Source: Girardia tigrina (lineage: Eukaryota). Taken from it: a stretch of 54,192 nucleotides of DNA. Within the stretch, counting starts at the first letter, position 1. Each line of letters opens with the position of its first letter. The notes under the pieces are model-generated. The model did no database searches and had not been told where the DNA came from. It saw only the letters and a list, made by a program, of their open reading frames with translations. Below, in pieces: positions 38,300-48,300 of this stretch. The translations under genes and the position numbers were made by a program. The DNA lies in assembly GCA_001938485.1 (NCBI GenBank), contig MQRK01232050.1, forward strand, positions 14,961-69,152. Reading direction: 5' to 3'.

Positions 38300-39000
38300 G
38301 ATTCCATAATTGAGAAAATTCCATATGGAATTTTAAAATTCCATATTCTGAAGGATTTAAAGCATTTAAGAAGAGTATTTGTAGAACAATAAGTAGTGCT
38401 AATGTAGTCTCTGTCACATCCAAAGTTCAAAGTTTCCTCTCAAACAAATCGAAAACAGTTTGTGATTTGCAAGCTAATCTGGTATATAAATTTAATTGTC
38501 ACGGGTGTCAAAACTCGTACATCGGAGAGACAAATCGACATCTCAAAACCCGGATTTGCGAACACTCGCAAATGAGTCGATCGAGTAAGGTTCTTGATCA
38601 TTGGTTATGTTGTAAGGATAGAACCTCATCCATTTCAAAAGATGAGTTTTCTGTTCTACAAAAGAGTTTTGATTCANNNNNNNNNNNNNNNNNNNNNNNN
38701 NNNNNNNNNNNNNNNNNNNNNNNNNNNNNNNNNNNNNNNNNNNNNNNNNNNNNNNNNNNNNNNNNNNNNNNNNNNNNNNNNNNAAAATATTTTTGCCATT
38801 ATTACCCAATAATACATTAATAAATAATAATATAAAATCCCTAATATACCTTTTAAAGTAAATGTATCTATTAAAATTGTGTTATTCAAACAATTCAATA
38901 TTAATATACTAAACATCTAAAAATTGATGATGATGATGTATGTAAACATCGAAACATGCCCAATAGTTGTATAAAAAAAGCTTTAATCAAATTATATTTT
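38300..39000 (+). mobile_element. Penelope-like element 3' part (GIY-YIG) with mutated hammerhead
   Basis: LVYKFNCHGCQNSYIGETNRHLKTRICEH. TTG-aTGATGA-TGATGT..ACATC-GAAA-CATG-cC-CAA at ~38924-38963. Confidence 0.85.
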
Positions 39001-39105
39001 CGAAATACTAAACTTGCGTTCACAAGACTCAATAATATATATATATNNNNNNNNNNNNNNNNNNNNNNNNNNNNNNNNNNNNNNNNNNNNNNNNNNNNNN
39101 NNNNN

Positions 39106-39142
<37 letters not shown>

Positions 39143-40599
39143 TATAAACACGCGTGATATTTTCTATTCGAGTACAAAGAACATGATCCAAGCAATCACA
39201 AATATAAAAAAATACATAAATAAAATGCAATTTGAATTGACACAGTTCACATAGGATTTCGGCCAAAAAAATACGTAACCGGGCTGAGAAAGAGTAAATA
39301 GAATGAAAAGAGATAATAATAGAACGAAGCACCCGTTTTATCGAACTCGAATTGCATGCCTGGCATCTTTGCAAATTAATAATATATACGTAAATATTAC
39401 GCCAAAAAAACAATAAATTCAAAAGCAAAAATACAACAAAAGAAAAAAAATCAACATACCATACCAATAAGTCAGCCACTCTGGCAAAACGGTGTGAATG
39501 GAACTTAATAGATTGTTATGTCGAAATTGTAAAAAAAAATAATTAAATAATCTCAGAATGGGGAAATTAAATTATACTGAACTTATTTGCCTCTACACAG
39601 GTTGTCCAGTACGTCCTTCGTTGGTCCTTTGAGGCTCTCCTCGAATGCAGAGATCTCACATATAAAGTATCAAAATCTCCAGTGCCCCGTAAATATGTAA
39701 ATAGAGAAAACTAAAATAAAAATGTACTCATCCATGTGAACGCTGAGGCCACCGGTCGGGCAATACTCGTCACCGGACCGAACCCGAAGGCGCTCTGAAG
39801 CGTGTACTACTGGTAGATACACGTAGAAGAGGCGCATCCACTCGCCTTAGTGAAGCATAATAAAATCAGATTGGGTGTCTACGGGTAGCCGTTCCGCGTT
39901 ATGAAGGACTGGGGGCTCAGAGTCATCAAAAATATTGTGAGTAGAAGGGAGCGCGACATGTAATAGTTACATGGTACACTACTAAAAATACATTCGAGTA
40001 TGTTGATTAATTATTTAATCATCTAGCAATAATTATTTCATACTCCAGTGATTCAACCTCGTTTAAACGAACAAATGTTTGATTCCCGCGATTTCGTTAA
40101 ACGATTATACGGTTCAATTCAAATACAAAAATTAATGACTGGTGATCGATTCTTCTCTTCGATTCAAAATTCTGAAATATGAATAATAAGATGACAAACA
40201 AAATGAGGTGCGTTCAAAAAATACTCAACCTTAGATGAAAGGAATTTCGGGAGCATATCTTACAACACAGAAAAAAATGCATAACTATCATTTTTCTCTA
40301 TACGTATTAAAAAATAAGACAAATTAAATTTAATAAAATTTCCAACCATTTAAAGGATGTATCAAATAATTAGCAAATAAAATATTATTATTTATGAATG
40401 AACCTTACGTTTGTTTGTCTCTGGATTTGGTTGTTTAATCTTGATAAGTTATTTTTGAGTGATGTGTAGCAGATATAATGTTCGCATAATCATTCATAGA
40501 CGACATCCTATTCGCATCCTACAACCATGACGAACATACACATTATGTAGTACACGACGTCTAAAACTTAATCTTTCATAGTTTAACAACGTGATCATA

Positions 40600-41000
40600 C
40601 AAGTCAACTGGAACAAATGTTCTTTTTTTAAATCGTCAAATCGTCCTCTGGCAAAACATTTCATATAATGGTCACTCATCCTTTTGAGAACGCCTCCAAT
40701 ACTTTAAATCCATAAATCTACTTTAAAAAATCTCAGACCTTTGCAGTTTACTAGGCATGAAAAACTACTACCGTGGATACATTCCAGAACGCTCTACACT
40801 TACAGCACCCTTATCTTCAATCAGTGCAGGAATAAAAAGACAGACCATACAATGGTGGAACGCCTTAAAACAAACATTCGATAACATTAAAACAGCTTTA
40901 CCCAAACCAAATGTTCTCTAGTACTTAGCAAATATTGTACCACTTGAACTCATCGCTGACTCATCAATCTCGACAATGGAGCAGTATTGCAACAAATAAT
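40600..41000 (-). mobile_element. Decayed Merlin/ISXO2-like transposase remnant
   Basis: SIVEIDES motif (~40980-40955) and GVLKRMSDHYM downstream. Confidence 0.45.
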
Positions 41001-41913
41001 CTCTGACTGAGCATAACCACTGGAAATTTTCACCTACAAAATCGAACAATAGAACAACGCTACTCCTTTTATAGCTGCTACACCTTGCTGTAAGTCACTT
41101 AAAACCCTATCTAATCAGACGCACATTCATAATGCTGACAGGCCACAGACCCCCGAGTTCACCTTTTGTCTATGAAAGACCCTTTTTGCGGTAGCGCTTT
41201 GGAAGCGTTTTAATATGGTCCCCCTACGAGGCACCAAAGAGGAGTGTATATTTTTATTGGTTTTATAAAATATTTAATACAGTATTTTTCAAGCTAATTC
41301 GTCAGTGTTGCCTGCAACACTGATGTAATATCTCAAAAAACACAGTAATAATAGTTGTATAAATATATGTACGTTCTATCACCTCCATATTCCAGAGATA
41401 TTTTTTTCTTTGTGTAATAAAACTCACATTCGTATCTTCCCATCGCATTCTTTTTCTCTGCACAAATTCCCGCTATAGCCAACGTTTATAGAAAGTTTCA
41501 CCATCCTGGGTTTGACGTTGCATTCCCATCTTGGATGACACAATCGAGATGATTTGATGTGACGGATTTTCCAGATTCCAAGATATTTTCATTGATATAC
41601 ATAGTACCCATTATTGTAAAAAATTGTGACACTCTAAAAAATTCATATTTTTTTATTAAATTTTTTTTAATTATTATTATAACTGTTATGCGAATTGGAA
41701 TTAAATTCAGAGTGGTCTAAAATTAGAAATTAAAAATCCAATTTCTACAATTAATTAAATTGGATTTAAAAAAACATTCTTGTTTAAATATTCACTGTTA
41801 TCTTGTAAATGTAATGCTATTAAAATTCTTACAAATTCTCTTCTCTGTTAATTTTTTCATGAGTGATTGTTACCGTGAGTTGATGACTCCGCAAAACGGT
41901 CGCCGCCTCAAAA

Positions 41914-41932
41914 TGGTGTCAGAAGTGGGATT
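41914..41932 (+). promoter_or_regulatory. tRNA-Leu primer-binding site of an LTR retrotransposon remnant
   Basis: TGGTGTCAGAAGTGGGATT is complementary to the CCA-containing 3' end of tRNA-Leu and lies 3 nt after a CA dinucleotide. Confidence 0.75.
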
Positions 41933-42344
41933 TATTGCCGCCGTGTTTTTCTTACCGGTAACAGACAACCAGAAATCCACGAACACCGTAAACTCGACCA
42001 GGACCACATATCGCATACTGGTGTCAATTGCAGCTACCTATGTCAACTGCCAATCGACTGTTAGAAAGCGTCTCCTGAACCAGCACGAAAACAAGCGTTT
42101 TAATACATTTATTACTTCCATCACTCAGGCAGATCAAACACCTACACACACGCGTAATATGGCCCTCCATTCGACGAGACGTTAGAAAGTTGACAGAGCA
42201 GTTCACATTGCACTGAAAATTCAAAAACTATCGCATAATCAAACCAAAGAATACAATATATCCTGATTCGATACGGACCTCATCTATTTAGTGAACCTAC
42301 TACCACTAGACCATGATTATAAATGCATCTTGACAATGATTAAC

Positions 42345-42387
<43 letters not shown>

Positions 42388-42395
<8 letters not shown>

Positions 42396-43266
42396 TATAG
42401 TTGGTTTCATAAACCATAATATGACACTTGGCTACTCTGTCCTTTTGGATAAATTTCATCATGTCCTTTGGATCAGCAGAAATATAAATTGTTGGCGTTA
42501 CCAATTTCTTTATTGTCGTTTTGTCTCTTTTTTGATCTCGAGCATTTTCCTCGGCGTTATTCTTGAATATTAATACCGATATTTCCTTAAAACTCGTAGT
42601 TTTCAATAAGGTTAAGTGACATTCTTTTTTATTTATTGTATATAAAATTATTGATTCGCCAGTATCGCAAAAATCATCGTTTGCGATGCAAAATGGATGT
42701 GTCATCCTCTTTCTTGTAACACTATCGAATACTGCTTCGAATTTTCTTAATTCCACAATGTATTGTCGTCGTAAGACAACATTTTACCATTGTTTCCCCA
42801 CAATTCGCCAGTTTCTCTTGCACATCGTTCCAATCTAGACACCCATCCTTTTATATTAAAACCTACTTTCACTATTACTCCCACTTGAACGTTCATTTCG
42901 GTACCATCCAACTTGATTTTCTTTGCAATAAAAGCCTTGTCACATTGGATCATCGAAATTTGTATTGGATTAGGAGTAGGTTTTAATTGTGTGTCTAATG
43001 TTCCTCCACAATTGAATGCATTCTCCACATATTTAACTACACATTCTCTCGCTTCAGTGTATATAAAATCTGATTATTGATACACATTTAGTGTTTTATC
43101 CGGTAATGTTTCAATACTAATCGGACATGCTTCTGGGCATTCTTCTACATCGAGAAGAGAATATTTCTGTCCAAATTTCGGTTTCTCGCAATCATATGTG
43201 ATTATAGCATTTACACCTTGTAATGTTTCACACATCATAATTATCATTATTAATATCATTGGCCAT
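42388..43266 (-). pseudogene. Chuvirus-like (class III) envelope glycoprotein, N-terminal half
   Basis: Hydrophobic WPMILIMIIMM...GVNA|IITYDCEKP...YSLLDVEEC, then C..K...FNCG, C....DFCDTG and KCHIMVYETNYKGIYI. The Cys pattern matches what I recall of chuviral G. Truncated at a (TA)n run. Confidence 0.72.
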
Positions 43267-43339
43267 GAAGTTGATTTTTTCTTTTTGTCATTTTGACTGC
43301 ATAATTTTTCTTTGAAAGTTTTAATTATTATATATCTTC

Positions 43340-43610
43340 TTCGGAATCTTCGTTCCGATTTTCCTCTGCTCGGATTGCTTTTTGCCATCCTCCTTGTCTT
43401 TGAATCCATGGATTTATACATTTATTTATTAGTGCAACTGCCAATTCCACATAGGTATTTTGCGCTGTCGGTAAAAGATTATCTTTTCGCCATTATCTTT
43501 TACTGTAACTTTTTTCAGTAAACATTTAACAATATTTTCTGTTTCTGAATCCTCATTTTCATTTTTACCTTTACCTTTTGCAATTCCTTTTAATTGTTGA
43601 GCAATATTTT
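43340..43610 (-). pseudogene. Bcl-2-like domain (BH3-like plus BH2)
   Basis: BH3-like IAQQLKGIA at 43605-43579. After a frameshift, YVELAVALINKCINPWIQRQGGWQKAI (WIxxxGGW at 43408-43385). Confidence 0.7.
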
Positions 43611-45350
43611 GACTTTTGGTTGGATTGTATTCCAATTTAAAATTTTCATTTTCTGCTCTTTTAGGCCTTCTTCACGGTCTCCTTGTGGATGTCACTGCCT
43701 CATTGAACTTGACTGGTATTTCCTCACAGTCATCAGTTTCATCTTGATCAACATCATGTATTGGGTTTTGATCTACATTTATTTCATCATCGATTTCCTC
43801 TTCATCAGGTGGCTCCTCAAATTGACTAGGTTCTGTACCTTCTTCATCATCGTTGTATTCGTCGAGATCGACTTGTGGGAAATCCTGGAATCCAACTTTC
43901 TTTTCTGCCACTGAGCTTCTGTCTATAACAGCTACTGCTCGTACGATATTTATTCCGTCTTGTGCTAATCCAGCACATATTAGATGCTCCCTCGGATTCA
44001 TCATAATTTTATTGAAGAATAAATTAAGTTTGTCTAAAGGTTTCAGTGGTCGTCGCCACACTTTTTTAACGTTATTTATCACTATTTATTTTGGCGCAAG
44101 GATGCACCTGAAGCCGTAAGATCTCAGTATCATGCGGAAAATTTGTATCCGTGACTACGGAGATATCTATTGGCTTTTGCTTATTTCTATTAAGCACAAT
44201 ATATGAGCCATTTGTTTCAATTAATTTAATTATACCTGTTTCTCTCAACTTTTCATCTGCTATAGCTATCCTCAATTAAGGCATTATTTCTTTTAATTCT
44301 TCTCCTGTGATTTTGTCAATGATTCTATCGATCATTGCTTGAATTAGTTCATAGTTATATGGAGATTCTTTCAACTCCTTTTCTAATTGCTCAATTATAC
44401 CTTCAAATCTATTTGCCATTTCGACTGTGTCAATAGGCCTAATATTATTATTATATTTGAGTCTTTGTCTCTGAATTGTTAATTCTTCTACCTCATCTCA
44501 TAAATTGTCAAATATTTTTCTTTCTAACATCCCTAATGGCATGTATTTATCATTCCTAGATTCAATCATTTTTAATTTTTCGAAGTCTTCTTTTAATTTT
44601 TCAAACTCATCTCGTTCAATGCCGTGAATTGGCTTATTCTGTGCAAAATTATATTTATTTTTGTGACAAGCTCTGCTAGTATGCCCATATTTTTTACAAA
44701 TATAACATTGTATTTCGCCTTCGCTATTTACCGTTTCTCGTTGTGACTTTGATAAGTCCTTTGCTCATAATTATTTTTCTGATCTCCTCGATCATTATTT
44801 TGATAGTTATTCCTGCTTGTGTCTCTGTTAAAAATTCTACTCCTAATATTCCCTCTGTTATTTCCTCGTCCTCGGAAAGTTCTCGAATTATTGTTATTAT
44901 TTCTGTAATATTCCTGATTATTATCACTTCTACTGTTATTATTCTCTTGATAATTTCTATTATTATTTTGATAATTTTTTCTACTGTTTCCTCTTTAATT
45001 ATTGACCTTGTAATTATCATTATTTCTTTTATTGTTATTTTTATTATTATCATTCTGATAGTTGTTTTTATAACTATCATGCTGATAGTAGTTCGTGGAT
45101 CTGTTTTCTCGAACAAGTCCTCGTCGCATATTAAACCCTCGTTGGTTTACTGTATCTTTTGTTGAATTTCTATTACCATTATATTTTTTATTATCTTGTG
45201 ACGGGTTAAAAGCGTACAATTTCAAGTTCGGTGTTTTCCTACTCACATAGCTGGCTTCAATACACCTAGCTTTTTGTACCAGATCCTTCAAATCAACAAA
45301 ATCTACAATTGCTAATGCATTTTTAAATATTTGTGCACGCCACTCTGAAA

Positions 45351-48300
45351 CTGATCAAGTATTAAATTGTTTGGGCAAATCAGTCGAAATTGTTCTAACA
45401 GACAGCCATTGGTTTTTTTCTTGTGCGGGAAAAAGGCATATAAGCGAACTCAATGTCCAGAGATACGCTGTGAAAAATTTGGCCGCAATAGCATCTTGCA
45501 GCGGCATGCTTAGTGAACTCTAACTGACAGAATAATGGTTACGACAATGGAAGATCGAGAATGCAGTACAATGATCGCAAATTTAAAATCAACACAATGA
45601 ACGAAGATGAAGAACGCACATTTGATGATAGTGAAGAAAAAACGATAAAACGTACCCAAACGACTGGGCTCCGCCAATTAGGGAGTTGGTGGGAGCCAAA
45701 TGCCACTGACTTAAGAAGATAATTCCCACGGATTCGGATGCGAGCTACATGTGCGAACGATGAATAAGGTCTATGGATTTGTGAAAAAAAAGTTTGAGCA
45801 AGTATTCGGCATATACCCATAACAGCGAATTACATAACAGCGAAGACCAAAACAGCGATTTACTATCCAAATAGAAAAAAAGTCAATTAGATATAAAATT
45901 TTATTTTAAGGAAATTCCAACTTTAAATACACTGTAAAAATGCAATTGGTTTGCTTTAACTGAAAGAAATTCCACAAATAAACTCCATGACACCGATTTC
46001 ACCATTATCAAAACGCAGTTGCAAGTTTAAAATACGTTGACTTATTAAATTATACTTTTTATTTGTTTTGTTAATAACTTGCCCAGCATTAATTTGAGTC
46101 ATGAATGTTTCTGTAAATCCTTGTTCCTTTATTATGCATGATATTAAAACTTAAATATTCGGGTGATGCTTAACAACTAAATTATTGAAACTGTTGTGCC
46201 ACCCATCAACATCATTGTTAGTGCGCCGTTTGATGCCACACATATTCCACATTTCTTTTTTAATTCATTTCTTTTTTATTTTCGTTCTAAGTTCCTGATC
46301 ATTACTATAATCGACACTAAAACCTAATTTCTGAACTTGTCAAAACACCGCTTGGCAGAAATGAAAATAACAACCGCGTAGACGACTTTGCGGAAACTCC
46401 TGTTATAACGCAACTATTAAATCTTTCTCGAAATCCAATGTGATTTAATTTGGTGTAAGAATAAAAATTATGCTCCAGACATAAATAATATCTTACGAAA
46501 AACTGATGTGTATGTTTCAGCTTTTTAATCTATTATAATACAATAAATTAATGGAAGTACTTTACTTTGGAGAAGTGCATGGATTGTAAATATTTGTTTA
46601 TAAAATGGAGGTGCTACCCGAAATGTACCGTCCATGAACCAATGATTATTGCTGGATAACATTTGTAAATTACTTATTTTTCCAAGTAATATAATTGATT
46701 TATCCTCACTGATAAACAATAGGAATAATTGATCTGAAATAATTTGTGTCAATTGATCAGGTATGTGGATGTCATTTAAACTTTGAGGCAAAACCTGTAA
46801 TTTCTCGTGACGTGCTGGGTACAAAACGTTCTTTATAGATTTGAAAGCTAGAAATATAGCGGAAGCTAAAGTATTACTAGAAATTTCAGCTGCCGCATCT
46901 GAATATATAGTCGGATTACTGTGCGTTTCTGTTTTTGCCCGTTGCTTCATCTTACAAATAGTAGAATTTAAGATACTGATTTCTGGTGCTGGTGGATGGG
47001 AATGCCTTGTTTTTCAATCGGATGAGAGTTATCAATATCTGACCAAAGTCTTCCTTTTTAGAGTTGTTAATATTTCCATTTGCTTTTTTCACAAGTAAAA
47101 CTTAAAAATAATGTTATGAAGAAATCGAAAATTGAAATAACCTTAAAATTATATTATTAATAAAATATATATTATAAAAAATATGTTATTAATCAAATAT
47201 TATTTCTCCAAAAAATATCTTATTAATATAAATATTCTCCAATTTAAATGACAAAACTCTCATTTTAAAATGAAAATTTTCATTCGCTGTTTTGAGAATT
47301 CGCTGTTTTGTAATTCGCTGTTTTGAGACTTCGCTGTTTTGAGATTCGCTGTTTTGGGATTCGCTGTTTTCGGGTATAACCAAGTATTCTATGTTAATGC
47401 GTTGATTGAGGATCAGAAATCAGAGATATATTTTAGTAAAATGCTGGGGCGTCCAAGCGTTACAGTGGAAATTCAGGGGAAACAGTAGGAGTGTTTGTTG
47501 GATACAGGAGTACGTATTAATGTTATGAGTAAGAAGTATTATCAAGATTTGAATAATTTGGTGTTAGAAAAATGCGATATCAATTTGAGAAGTGCCAACG
47601 ATGGAAAATTGAAAGTATTGGGTAAAATAGAGGTAGAAGTAGATACATATCAGACAAGAAAAGTAGTACTATTTATTGTTGTGGAGAGTGTGGTTCCGGA
47701 ACTGATAGGAGGCATATTATTCATGAAAAATTTCGGTAATTCCATACAAAGAAACGAATCTCAAGACAAAATTGTATCAAGGGAAGCACGAGGAAATGTG
47801 TGTAATATCGAGGCGAAATTCGGCAGGGTGATAAGACCTGGAGAGAGATTAAAAAGAGCGTTAGATTGCATAGGTAAAGTAGATTTAAAACTGTTAGAGG
47901 TCATTCAGAATCAAGCAGAAGTATTCATGGCTGACAAATGGGATATCGGATGTACCAGTTTAGCAAAACATCCTATTAAGACGAATGGAGAGCCAATTAA
48001 TTTAAAACCTTTTCGACAACCAATGCATCTGGAAGAAAAAATTATGGAGACTATAAAAAAAGTGTATGATAATAATATCATCCGGAAATGTAATTTACCT
48101 TGGAACACACCATTAATTTGTGTGTGGAAAAAAGAGAAAAAAGATATTCGTATCTGTTTGTATTTTAAGTGTTTAAATGCAATAACGAAAAGACAAGCTT
48201 TTCCAATGCCCAATGTTGATGAGATGTTGGATGTTTCATGAGGTGCAAAGTATTTTAGCTCGATTCGCCTTGGAAATGCTTATTATCAGGTTGAGCTGGA

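Larger units (their letters stand above)
42388..45350 (-). mobile_element. Fragment of a giant (Burro-like) LTR retroelement polyprotein: Gag-CCHC / coiled coil / MATH-like / Bcl-2-like / chuvirus-like glycoprotein
   Basis: Co-linear minus-strand coding with stops and frameshifts: gag FQSGV...LKDLVQKAR, N/R-rich tract, CYICKKYGHTSRAC (44707-44666), heptad-rich region, MATH-like strands, acidic linker, IAQQLKGIA, PWIQRQGGW, signal peptide, YDC...YSLLDVEEC. Confidence 0.8.

Noticed and set aside
44743-45165. 140-aa very hydrophobic + strand ORF resembling a multi-TM protein (and the Ile-rich minus ORF 44724-45116)
   Set aside because: Antisense or off-frame shadow of the Asn-rich gag tract.
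47283-47371. Regular TTCGCTGTTTT repeats suggesting a CRISPR array
   Set aside because: 15-16-bp tandem units without unique spacers. They form the MULE TIR, in a eukaryotic context.
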